From positions 35,435,409 through 35,499,408 of the forward strand of contig NC_068985.1 of NCBI RefSeq assembly GCF_001194135.2: 64,000 nt of DNA, read 5' to 3'. A program made the position numbers and the translations under genes. The notes beneath the pieces were generated by a model. The model was given only the letters and a program-made list of their open reading frames with translations. It was not told where the DNA came from and did no database searches. This DNA comes from Octopus bimaculoides (lineage: Eukaryota). Shown piece by piece: positions 22,900 to 35,198 of the stretch (positions within the stretch are counted from its first letter, which is position 1; every line of letters starts with the position of its first letter).

Positions 22900-25330
22900 A
22901 TATCTAACATCCATATTATACTTCTCCTCCCTTCTCTAATTATCTATAGGTCCCAGCCTGAAAGTCCTCTGGAACAGACCAGTTGATTCTCATCAATGCC
23001 CAGAATTTCATTGAATGTTGTCACACTTACACACCACTAATTCTCTATAGAACACTAAAGTGGAACTTCCAACTGCATTGCCCAATTGACAGGAGACTCT
23101 GAGTACCTGAAGACACTCTAAGTACTAGGTGCTCTGCTTTAGTCTACTCTTGATCTACAACCACAACTCAGTCAAAGAAATAGGCTGTGGAAGAGCAAAT
23201 CTGACAAACAGCAACCCCACCTTCTTACTAACAAGAAAACATTGGGGATGTCATAGCCTCAATGCAAGTCTGTGTATCAGCAGCCACGACATGCCCAGTC
23301 CTCTATTCAGCAGGTGTTGACAGCAAATGGAGTGCTTGACCAGTGGAGAATATCCCCTCCAGTTTGGTCACACACAAACTAGGGTGAGGCATGATGGTCA
23401 GGCAGTAATATATGATGTAGACAATATATGCATTCACCACTTCTGCCTGATCTTTCAGAAACAACTTTCTCTCAGCCCATTTCTGAGTGAGATTGGCCAC
23501 CCTGCATTCAAAATGTAAAAGACCTCAGAAAAAATACTGCAATGGAATTTGTCCAATGCACCAGTGATTTTTCTCTATCTGGAGGTCCAGACCAAACCAA
23601 AACCCAAGTAATTTAACTAATCCCTCCATCCAGCATCCCATGACATTATTGGATGGCATGGACTTGCCTCTCCAGATGCCAAACTTTAAGCCCACTGACT
23701 GTCCTCAGTTAATTTTTGCTCCTGTCATTGCTTCATATTCTTTTAGAACAGTGCCAATCAGGTTCATGTTCAACACTATGACAGTGACGTCATAAGCATA
23801 TGCTGACTCAGTTCTCCCACTTCCTGGTTCACATTGGATGTTTTTCGATGCTTCCAGTTTCCACAGTAGTTGCCTTAAAGTCAACACATACAGAATAGAT
23901 GAGAGGAGACACCCTTGGCAAGCCAAGTACATGGTGCTGAATAGTTCCAATAAGTAACCAATCATCCAGTCTATTGAGCAGATGTCATTGTACATTGCAG
24001 CAATCCAACCATTGTAAATGGGACTGAAACTGGCCACCATGAGAATAGCCACCAAATATTGGTGGTCGACCCTATTATTGAAGGCTATTGATCAATCCAA
24101 ATTGATCAGGTGTCACCCATGCCAGCTTCTTTATCTACTATGTCTATGATATATCACATAAGGTGGAGGTTGTCATGGACAGAGCTGCTTAGAATGGTAC
24201 ATGTTTGCACATCCCCAATCAGCTCCTTGACAAGCACCAACTTTTTGATATCACTTTGACCAAATTTTTTTAATCTGCATTCAGCTGCATAATGGGTCTA
24301 AAATGTTCTATTTGATGCCCCTTGTTTGAGTCCTTTCTTAGCAGTGCCACCACTCCTTGACCTACAGAACTAGGAATTCTCCCATTCTGCTGCCAGTTGT
24401 GGCAGATATATGCTAAGAGGCCACCAAACAAGTCGGGCATATGAAAGTAAATTTCATAGGGCAGGCCATCCAAACCAGGCAATTCGCCCCCCACTTCCAT
24501 GCAGCATCCATGATTGCATCTTGTATTTTTGGGACTGTTGTCAGCCTTTTGTGATGCTCCACCCACCTTAGCAAGAGTGGGTGGAGCATCAAGGTAGGCA
24601 CTGAAGATCCATCCTGCATTCCAGACTGCCATTCATCCCAATCAGCTGAGTGAAGTCCTGTTGAAATGCTGCAATCATCTGCTCAGGTTCAAGTACCATG
24701 CATCCATTTTGGTTCACCAAAAACCAAATTGTGGCTTTGTTGCCACATTGTGCCTCTTCCACTGAGGCCCATCAGATGGTTTTTGTTCCTTCGTTTCTTA
24801 GAGCATGCATCTTAGCTTTGATAAGGCATTCTTCATGCTTAGTGTTGAAGAACTTGTCCAGGGACAATCTCATCATGAGCACATCAGTTTCAGTGCCTTT
24901 CTTAAGCACCTCTAAGTTACCCTCTATTTTATTTCTTTGTTACTAATGCCTTACTAAACCTAATGGATTCTGCTCTAATTGCCCTTTTCAGAGCAAACTA
25001 CCAATTGTTGTTGAGGACTGACTCCATCAGCGCCTGCTTAACTAATACACAGATCCAGTATGTAGGTTTGGCATGCCAAAAGTGATGCATTCAGCTTCCT
25101 GTAGCCAACTCCCTGCCTATGAGGCCTATTTAGGTCAACTGTGTAGATCGCAAGTTTATGGTCTGTGTAACTGACAATAGCTTTCGGCATTGTCATTGAG
25201 TGTTTTATTGCCTTTTCTTCCATAGAGAATCTTACCTTTACTGTACCATACCTTCTTCCTCTGGTGATGTAACTTTTAATAATCCAGACTGGTCTTAGAC
25301 ATTTTTCTATGTCTTTTTCTGTAAACATTT
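22900..25330 (-). mobile_element. Decayed Tx1/L1-clade LINE
   Basis: Fragments read PGLDGLPYEIY...GVVALLRK...HFRPI, GCLLSSILYVL, KWAERKLFLKDQAEVVN and TDHKL...YRKLNASLL. Many stops and frameshifts. Confidence 0.75.
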
Positions 25331-26001
25331 TTCCATGCCTTTTTCTGTCATCTGTTCTAATTCTTTTGTTTTAATAGTAATTTTTCTATAAGTAACCGTA
25401 TTTGGTTTTGTCTTTTGTTGGACACAGAACAGGATTGTTAACATTGTGTCTTACGTGTTTCATTAACATGTATTTTGCTTGTTTTAATTTATCTACCAGG
25501 ATAGTGATTTTTTCTCTTGTAATCAGTGGACAATATTAGCAAAGGCAGTGATGGGTGAGTTGTCTGTTGTGTCTTCTTATTGTGGTTGCAGCAAAGGGGA
25601 AAAATGTTGGCTTGTTGGTCAGACAGTTTTAAATGCACAAATCATTTTCACATCTTTCTTTCTGTAGAGGTTCTTGTTGATTTCATGTTCTTTCTCATTT
25701 GTTTAGTTATTGCTATTTTTAGTATTGTGGTTGTTATTGTTTTGATTGGCACTGACTGTGGTAGTAATGGTGGTGGTGCTGGTGATGCTGATTTGAGCTG
25801 GTCAAAAGCTCTCCAAGTATTTCTAAAATTTTTGGTTGATTCAAAAGTTTACTCAAATATTTTTTTGTATCATCCTTCTGTAAGCTAACAAATCTTTGAG
25901 AAGTTAGCTTCATCTAATTTCAGCCCTTTGGTGTCTAAAACTGTTTATCATTTTCAGACTGACCATGTTTGAAATAACAATAATAATAGTAATAATAATA
26001 A

Positions 26002-26300
26002 TGACAAGAGCACTCAGAGAACACAAACCTCCACCAAGGCAACACCAACGTTTTAAAATATCTGAAATAAACTCAACTGCTCTCAAAAATGAAGTAAAAG
26101 ACAGGAAAAATAATCCAGAATCCTTGTCCAGAACCGGATCAATTCCAGAATGTAATCAGTTCACGCCAGTCATGAGGCCAAACATCCTTGAAAGTTTCAT
26201 CCAAATCCATCCAGCAGTTTTTGAGATGACTTGTTCACGGACAAACAAACAATCAAGCATGACTGAAAACAATACCCCCACCTTCGCTTAGGTGGAGGTC
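26002..26300. mobile_element. About 300-bp non-autonomous repeat with subterminal inverted repeats
   Basis: ACCTCCACCAAGGC (26027-26040) versus GCTTAGGTGGAGGT (26286-26299), flanked by (AAT)n. Family assignment is uncertain. Confidence 0.5.
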
Positions 26301-27325
26301 ATAATAATAATTTATACCTCTCAATCTTTCTCTAAATTATTTTGTATGTTCCTAAAATAAAAGGGGGAAAATAATGCAATATTGCTAATTCCCACAATGT
26401 TTGTTTGTACTCATTCTGTGATTAAGTACCTACTGAAGAAATTAAAGGTAAATGAATGACTACTGAGGGCCATGCCACCCATGTAGAGAAGCTCAGTCAA
26501 GAAGGTGAAAACCAGCAATGAGTTCAGTGATGAATCTAATGTGCCTGTAGGGATTTATCAGGGCTCAGTTCTCAGCCTTTCCTGTTTATTACAGGCCTCC
26601 AAGTCATAACTGAGGAATTTGAGGCCAGCTATCATTAGGAACTCTTGTATACTGATGGTTTAGCTCTTACAGCAGAATCTGTTGAAAAACTAGAGCAGAA
26701 GTTCTTGACATGGAAGCTAAACCTAGAATTGAAGAACCTTATATCAAACTTTGAGAAAAATTAGCATTTTAATAAGTATGCAGGAAAGGACTCCGGAGGA
26801 ATTCTGTGATGTGAGCCTAGTGTAAAAGGTAAGCAAAGGTGACATGAGATGTAGTGGGGTAATATGTAGGTTAAAGTAGAAGGCAAATTTCATGTACAGA
26901 AGGATCATTAGAGTAACAAACACTGAAAAGCTCTCAGGATGTAGATTCTCTCAAATGCCCAGATGTCTCCTTAGAAGTAGCTGATAACCTTTGTTACCAA
27001 TCTGTCTTAACAGCCAAAAAGGTTGCAAAAAAGTTCAGGGAGTTATCATCTTTGTTGGGAACAAAGGGATTCTCTCCAAAAATGAAGGGCAGATTTTCTA
27101 ATGTTGATATGCAGAGTCCAACACTGCACACTTTTTTACTTAATTTATGTGATTTCCTAAGGTAAATGAGAAATATAATATAATATTGCTAATTACTACT
27201 TATACTACTTTATATATGTAAGAGAGTGAATATTTTTTATTAATATTTATCCTGGTACTTTCCATACTACATTAAAATATTTTAAATGTTATTTATAATT
27301 ATGCCATTTTTTTAATTCCTTAAAG

Positions 27326-27376
27326 ATGTGGATGATTTTTATGCTAATGTCAATACACCAAGCATGAAACCTGATG
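27326..27376 (+). CDS. 51-nt micro-exon, last of the family: DVDDFYANVNTPSMKPD
   Basis: CCTTAAAG acceptor, G|GTAAAC donor, same upstream intron block as the array. Confidence 0.82.
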
Positions 27377-27438
27377 GTAAACACGATTATATTCAATTCA
27401 TTAATATAACTACATTCATTTAGCAACAAGTTAGTAAA

Positions 27439-27860
27439 TCATCATCGTTTAACGTCCGTTTTCCATTCTTGCATGGGTTGGACGGTTTGACTGAGGACTA
27501 GCAAGCCAGTAGGTTGCATTAGGCTCCAATCTAATCTGGCAAGATTTCTACAGCTGAATGCCCTAGCTAATGCCAACCAATCCGACAGTGTAGTCGGTGC
27601 TTTTTATGTACCACTGGAATGGAAGCCAGTCAGGCAGCACTGGCATCAACCATGTTCGGATGGTGCTTTTTATGTGTCACCTTGCACAGGTGCCAGTCAG
27701 GGGCACTGACATTGACCATGTTCGGATGGTGCATTTTATGTGCCACTGGCACAGGGAGCCAGTCAGGCAGCACTGGCATTGACTCACCCTAAATGGTGCT
27801 TACTACGTGCCACCAGCACGGGTGCCAGTCAGGTGGCACTGGCATTGGCTACAACTCCGA
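27439..27860 (-). mobile_element. RTE LINE 3' tail with tandem subrepeats
   Basis: CATCATCGTTTAACGTCCG... is the reverse complement of the tail at 380-552. Confidence 0.8.
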
Positions 27861-28545
27861 TTTCCATTTTGATTTTCATTTTAATTTTCTGTGTGTAGAA
27901 TAAGCAGCTTAATGTTCCATGTATGAACATATTTACATAAAACTTTGAAAATTCCATTGCATATATAATAAACATCTTGCAGGAATTCACATTAACTCCG
28001 ATACTTTACACATTTATTTATTCTTACTAGTTCATAAACTAACATTATGTTCACTAGACAAGAAAATCAAAGTATAGAAGAGATTTACAATGGTGAATTT
28101 CACATCTTGAGCAACTACTGTTGTTGAGTACCCACCATCAGTCCTGCTTATGGACATCTCTTACATGAAAGTAATGTTGAAAAATAGTGAACAGATTCTC
28201 TTAATGGTAATTTTAGTACTTTTAAATATCAATAAAATATTTGAGCGACAGAAATAGTAGAAGGCAATACTAAATACTTGGGCATATTCAATTTAGTCCC
28301 ACTGCATTCTGAGCTCAAATCCCATTGATATCAGTTTTGACTTTCATCTTTCTCTGATCAACATAATAAATATCAATGGTATTCTAGATTGACTGTCTCC
28401 TAATTTGTATCTACTGTCAAAAATTGCTATTTTTTAATGCTGCTTATATGATTGCTTTTCTTTTTGATAAGTTTTGTATTAATAGTATGTGTTATGTTTA
28501 CTATATTTTATATTCAACTGTTATATTCTACATGTCTAAAAACAG

Positions 28546-28595
28546 AAGATGGTAGCATGAATGACAATTATGAGAGCAACAATCAAAGTAATGAG
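28546..28595 (+). CDS. Penultimate coding exon (phase 1 to 0): EDGSMNDNYESNNQSNE
   Basis: Acceptor AACAG (alternative AAG at 28548), donor G|GTAAAT. It bridges the phase-1 array to the phase-0 last exon. Confidence 0.75.
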
Positions 28596-28942
28596 GTAAA
28601 TCCATAAATATATTTTAATTTTCTTTTATAGTGGTTATATCGAGATATTATCTTCAAAAAATTATTTAAAGATGTGTTTTTTACTGTCCTTTTCTTAAAG
28701 GTAGATAATAGAGCAGTTGAGATAAGTTTAAATTATTCCTTCATATTGTTATTTTTGCATTTAATACTGTATGTGAAAACCAAACAGTGTTTTATTGATT
28801 TTTCATATTTCTTTAATAATGATGTATTAAAAATGTATACTTCTAATATGTTTAAATGTCTGTTTATAAATTTAAAAATGTTCTGATATATAATTGTTTA
28901 TACTTGTAGTATGTCATTGTGTTTTTTTTTAATTCAATTTAG

Positions 28943-29068
28943 CCTGAATCTGTTCAAGAATGTAATTATGCAGAACTTGAGTTTAGAAACGATCCTGGAC
29001 CAAGCAAACCAGTACCAAAACCTAAAGAAGAAGAAACTATTTATGCTGATCTAATATTGGACTGTTAA
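28943..29068 (+). CDS. Terminal coding exon: PESVQECNYAELEFRNDPGPSKPVPKPKEEETIYADLILDC*
   Basis: Acceptor after a T-rich tract (...CAATTTAG), phase 0, stop TAA at 29066-29068, two YxxL motifs 25 residues apart. Confidence 0.88.
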   Translation, partial: PESVQECNYAELEFRNDPGPSKPVPKPKEEETIYADLILDC

Positions 29069-31055
29069 TCTAAATATTTTGCCATTTTTTAATCATGTTG
29101 ATATATGTACCAATTAAAGCCACTCTACATTTTATTCACACTCTTAAACAGATGCTAGTAGTTTACAAAGTACAGATAATCAGAGTACTTCTTTCATTTA
29201 TAAAACAGTGAACACTTCCATTTACATGTCCAAGAAGAAAAATACCTTCTCAAGGCAAGTCTTCATTCACCAGTACTATCTTGTCCTTTGCCTTTCACTG
29301 GTCTTTGTGCTCCTGTTTTTTTACCTGCTTTTTGTAAACCATGAGTGTGCTAACTTTATATTATTCCCATCTGAAACCACCTGACATTCTCACATTCCTC
29401 TTCTTTCCAATTCTATTGTGTCTCATCTACCATAAAATTTGATAGACATCAGCTACTTCTCTTCCTCTATTACTATGCATTCCCTTCATCATATAACTTG
29501 CAGCAGTTTAAATTAACCAAGTGCCAATAATAACCCTTCAGATATACCATTCTCCCTGTTCCTAAGCCTAAGAAGCTATTAGCTGATATTTTTCTCTTTA
29601 CACAAACAAATATAGCCAAATATAAGGAAAACATTTAAATCTTTTACATCTTTTTTGTATCTGATACTCAAAGCTTTATTTTTTTATAATTATTTAAAAT
29701 TTTGATAATGTGTTTTGTGCTCCATAACCTTTTTGGAAGAATGGATATCACAGTCCTTGGTACTGCTTAGTCTATTCTTCAAACGATTTCAAATAATGTG
29801 ATAACTATTGACTGTGGTTACACTGGTTTTGTGTATCAAAAATCATTTCTTTCTCTTTAGATATATTTGTCAGTTTATTTCTAGAAACAATACATGGACC
29901 TGCAATTATAGTACACTGTTACAGATATTTATTTTTGGTAAGATTTTTTAAAAATGTATATTTTATAAAGTAACAAGTTTTCAGTAGTGCTTTTGGTAGC
30001 ATTATAAGAACACAATACATTAAAGATTTTGGACAAGATTCTAGATCTTATTTATGATTCATATGTTCCTATTCTATAAAGTGTGTTAAGTAATATACTG
30101 AATTTTTTTTTAATGCAAATTGTAATGTTTCCAAGATTGATACAAAGATTCACTTTTGTAGTAATAAATAGCCAAGTTAATTAACCTCAGCACATGCCTT
30201 TATAAAGTTATCCATTATAACACATTAGTCACCCTTAACAAGTGAGCATTGCATGTAGGTCTTTACTAGCTTTATAGATTTGGACTAAATATCTAAAAAT
30301 ACCATTCCATTAAGAGTTTCTATGTCATATGCAGCAACTGCATTGACAAATTCTTATTCTTTTATTCTTATAGATGTCTACAAATAAGCATTTGCCAGCA
30401 TGGAAGGCAGGCATTAAACTATGATGATTAATGAAGTAAATCCAGTTAAAATTTTGTTTTTTTGTTTTCCAATGTGAATCATTATAAGACAAACACAATA
30501 TGGCTGTTAATTTGTTTATTTTTGGTACTTATGTGAGTTTGCTCTCCAGTTGTCTATAACTAGGCAACAGTTATGACTAATTTTAATTTGTTGATGAAGT
30601 TATCTTTTTTTTTCTTGTTTTTTTTTGTTGTTTATTTTATTCATAAAACTATATGCTGATTAAATTTGTTTCTGATGGGGTTTGGACCCCATTAAGCAAA
30701 TTTTTTTCAAATCATTTCCAGTTTTTGAAATTTGCCTCATCAAACTTGAAATCTTGATCTTATTGCAGAAATTTTATATTATTTACTTTTTGTAATTTTA
30801 CTTACACAAATGTATTCAGATTTCTTTCTGTCACATTCATGTGTGTGTGTGTGCATTCTTGAGCAAAACTATTTCACATTGGTCTGTGATCATTTTGACA
30901 TTTGAAGTGTTGCACGCTTCTGCACTTGTGCAGGCAATGTTGATTTGATAGAGGAAGTGAATAACTATGCAGCATAAATATTTAATTATTATAAACAGAT
31001 CATTTGTGGAACAAAAACTGAACATTCATGTCATCTTCAATGGGAGATTCCATTG

Positions 31056-31087
<32 letters not shown>

Positions 31088-31241
31088 GTAAGAGGAGAGA
31101 TATAAAATCTAGGCAGATACCAAATTTCGCTCTGTAAAATTCCAAGGCTGGTTCCTTCAGATAATGCATTTTTGGTAAACTTCCTGTAATTCCCATCTGA
31201 TGTTACAGTTTCTTTCTTGACTATTTAGAGTGTAAAGTACA

Positions 31242-32523
31242 ATATTGATAATAAGGAGAATGAAGAATTCGATCAGTCAAACTTTATGTTTATTTCCAGT
31301 TAGTTTATTCATAATAATTGCCCTACATGTGTTTTGATCACACTAACTGCATCATCGTCATCATCATCGTTTAACGTCCGCTTTCCATGCTAACATGGGT
31401 TGGACGATTTGACTGAGGACTGGTGGACCAGAAGGCGACACCAGGCTCCAATCTGATTTGGCAGAGTTTCTACAGCTGGATGCCCTTCCTAACGCCAACC
31501 ACTCCGGGAGTGTATTGGGTGCTTTTACGTGCCACCGGCACGAGGGCCAGTCAGGTAGGTACTGGCAACGGCCATGCTCGAAATGGTGTATTTTATGTGC
31601 CACCTGCACAGGGCCAGTCCAGGGGCACTGGCAACAATCTCACTCGGATGTCTTACTGGCAAAGGCCACGCTCGAAATGGTGTATTACATGTCACCTGCA
31701 CAGGGCCAGTCCATCGGCACTGGCAACGATCTCACTCGAATGTCTTTTCACGTGCCAGGAAAGCAACGTTGGTAACGATCCACGGCCACACTCGAAATGG
31801 TGTATTTTACGTGTCACCTGCACAGGAGCCAGTCCATCAGCACTGGTAACGATCTCGCTCGAATGACTTTTCATGTGCCACTGGCACAAGTGCCAGGAAG
31901 GCGATGTTGATAACGATCACGCTGGTGCTATTTATGTGCCACCGGCACTTTAAAATAACACTTTAAAATAACAATAATAATAAGAAGAATTTAAAATACA
32001 ACTCACTACTTCTCTTAATATCCATGTGGTTCTTACTGCATAGAAATTATCCACAACCACTCTAAATAACCTTCACAAAAATTCAAATAATATAATAAAA
32101 TCTGAAATCCATCAAAAAGCCATGTGACTATAAAGTATGTAGAATCTATCAAATGAAAAGTATTCTATAAATAACCACTCCCCAGCTAGTCAAGAATATT
32201 TGTCAACTTCAACAAACACTGCTGCTGATGATGAATTTTAGCCAAACAATCAGTTGAGAAAAACAGCTCATCAATGAAAGTAATGGTTTACTACTACTAC
32301 TACTACTGAGCCTAATACAAACTAATAATGGAGGAAAATTCCTTTTCGAACAATGTCATACTTATATACCCTGAAGAGATTGTACTAATAAAGCATAACT
32401 TGCTGCATATAAATATGCAGTTAATGTGATTGAAACATGTGTCAGAAAATTATGATGAATAAACTAACTGAAAATAAACAAAGTCTTAATGTTCAAATTC
32501 TTCATTCTCCTTATTATCAATAT
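31242..32523. mobile_element. Non-autonomous DNA-transposon-like element with about 110-bp imperfect terminal inverted repeats
   Basis: ATATTGATAATAAGGAGAATGAAGAATT... at 31242 is mirrored by ...AATTCTTCATTCTCCTTATTATCAATAT ending at 32523. Similarity extends about 110 bp inward. Confidence 0.65.
31352..31950 (-). mobile_element. RTE LINE 3' tail nested in the TIR element
   Basis: (CAT)n CGTTTAACGTCCGCTTTCCATGC... followed by several ~60-bp subrepeats. Confidence 0.85.
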
Positions 32524-34640
32524 ATATATATGGAGAAAAGAATATAAGAAAATTTGATTTGGTGGTTGAAAATGTGCCTGAGTCTTAAAATGTGGTCATT
32601 TTGAAATTGTGCAACAGATTTATTAAAATACCAGTTTCAACAGTTTTTTTTTTTTTTTTTTTTTTTTTTGTTTATCAATGCTAAAAAAATTTTTAGGAAT
32701 GATTGAAGATACAATGGAAAATTCAGAAAAACATGCGAAAAAGATCAAATGTTCATACAAATTCCAATATTCAATAATATATATATATTTTAACATACAC
32801 ACACACACATGCAACGTCAGTGTTATAATCCATGATAATATCACTTTGGTACTTTTTGTTTATCTCACCCCTATTAAAAAATTGCCATTAAAAAATTGGG
32901 TTACCTCCCCACTAAAATTTTGAGCTTTTGTGGGGACAAGAGATTGAATTAAAAGAGATCCTTTTGATTCAATACTTCAACACATTGTTGACTTTTGGCC
33001 CCCTCAATAGGCATGGTATGATCTCTTATTAAAATGTTATCAGATTCAATAAGATGTTTAACTTTTTCAGTTTTCATGTTTATTAATTTTTCATTCTTTT
33101 TTTTTGTTTTATTGAGAGTTAAACAATTTTTTAGTTGAGGGAGATAACCAAAAGTACTGAAGTACTATCTCATTTTTTATATTCAGCATTTTCAATCCTT
33201 TTGAATCTAGATTCAATTTTTTTGTGTTTCTTTTTAATATTGATATATTTGGATTAAAATCCATTCTTTTTTATATTATGTGTATATTTTTGTTACTCAT
33301 GTTTAATCATTTTTATATAAAGGGATACCTTAATATGTATATATTTTGTCATCATAATATAAAATTGGAATATCCCTCAAAAATATGCATGTTGAAAATA
33401 CCTACCTAAAATAAACAGACAATTAAAGATATTTTTATTTTATTCCTTATGTTGTAAGTATTGAATCAATAATACATGTATGTGATTTGTTAATGAATTC
33501 AATATTAACCCTTAAATCAGCTAGTTGAGCTGACCTATGAGCCACAACTGCCCTATTCTTTTAAGAGCATATCTGGAATAGATTATCTGATGTGTTCTTT
33601 TCTCTCGCAAGACATGAGGATGTAATTTGAGGGAGACTTGGCTGCTTTTTCTAGAAAGTCTGATTACCATGAAGAGGCTTTCTCTCATTGGCTCAGCAAT
33701 ACACATTGTTGGGATACTAGTCTGCTTGATGAAGTGCCTGCCACTTTGCATACTATTAATGGCATACGTTCTTTTCCAGGCAGATACCTACTTAACTTTT
33801 AATGCAATGCCGTGATATTTTGAGTGGATATGTTGCACTATTGCAAGCAGTAGTGAAATGCCTGAATTCGTGAGTGCTGAATTAGCTTGCCAAACTGTGC
33901 TCAAGTATTTCTATGGACCTGGAGGAAGTAGTAGGATATGTTCTAGTGTATTTCCCTTCAAATCCTTATTTGAGGATTTAGCTTTTAGGAGTTTCCAAGA
34001 ACACAACAGTTTATAGTTCATTATACTCTGCTCACATCCTACACATATGACTAAGTGAATTCTAACTAAATATTATATTTTAAAAGTTTCCTCTGAAACT
34101 GAATTATGTCGACTACTTTCATAAAAACAATTTCTCAGATTCATAAGAAACGGGGAGTATATGCAGTTATTCTTCTAAAGTGTATTAGCATTGTAAGAGA
34201 AATGAAACTTCAATTGAAAATTAAAGCACCATACAAACTTGCCTCACAGATAGTTTGCATCTGCTCAACAGCACCCCTACTTAAAGCTAAATAATATTAC
34301 ATTATATAATTTGTAAATATTTACAAAAAAATAAAGTGGTTAGCACTAGTAATGGTATCAAATTATCAAATTATTATTTTCATTGTAGAAGTCAGAGATA
34401 ATGTTTTTTAATCCATAAATGAAACTAAACTGATTTTTATGAAATAAAAATAGTAGAAGATTATCATAGTTTATGAACAGGTATCACATTGTTTCTTGAA
34501 CAAATACATGATTACTCTTATCTTAATTATCTGAAATATTTAATTTCTAAACAATTCTACAAACAAATAAGCAATCTTGTATATTTTAATTTTATCCACT
34601 ATTTCAGCAAGCACAGTGAAAGCTAGACTTTGCTGATGAG

Positions 34641-34827
34641 ACAGTCCTATATTTAAGAGATGAGGGATTATGTACATTATTTACGTTTGATAGATATTTG
34701 TCCTCATCTTGTTTGTTGTTAACATGTTTCGGCTGATATACCCTCCAGCCTTCATCAGGTGTTTTGGAGAAATTTCAAACCTGGGTTCTCATTCCTAAGG
34801 TATTTTCTGATGTTATTATTATTATTA

Positions 34828-34893
<66 letters not shown>

Positions 34894-35198
34894 TCACTGC
34901 CTGGAATCAATTTATAAGCCCTAAAATTCACTCCATAGTTGCCCTTGAGCATATGGCGTAGTGGTTAAGAGCGCAGGCTACTAACCCCAAGATTCCGAGT
35001 TCGATTCCAAGCAGTGACCTGAATAATAATAATAATAATAATAATAACAATAATAACATCGAAAAATACCTTAGGAATGAGAACCCAGGTTCAAAATTTC
35101 CCCCAAAACACCTAATGAAGGCTGGAGGGTATATCAGCCAAAACGTTGTGTTAACAACAAACAAGATGAGGACAAATATCCATCAAATGTAAATAATG
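34641..35198. mobile_element. Inverted dimer of a tRNA-headed SINE with (AAT)n and a hammerhead-like 3' region; 12-bp TSD
   Basis: TTTGCTGATGAG at 34629-34640 and 35199-35210. Minus copy 34641-34907. Plus copy about 34946-35198 with A box TGGCGTAGTGG and B box GAGTTCGATTCC. Confidence 0.85.

Noticed and set aside
26340-26460. Possible extra micro-exon
   Set aside because: The conserved upstream intron block is partly present, but no exon-like sequence with both splice sites follows.
30163-30168. AATAAA as the gene's polyadenylation signal
   Set aside because: Plausible, but not distinguishable from chance in such AT-rich sequence without 3'-end data.
34946-35022. tRNA gene
   Set aside because: A and B boxes are present, but there is no proper acceptor stem and it runs into (AAT)n and a SINE body.
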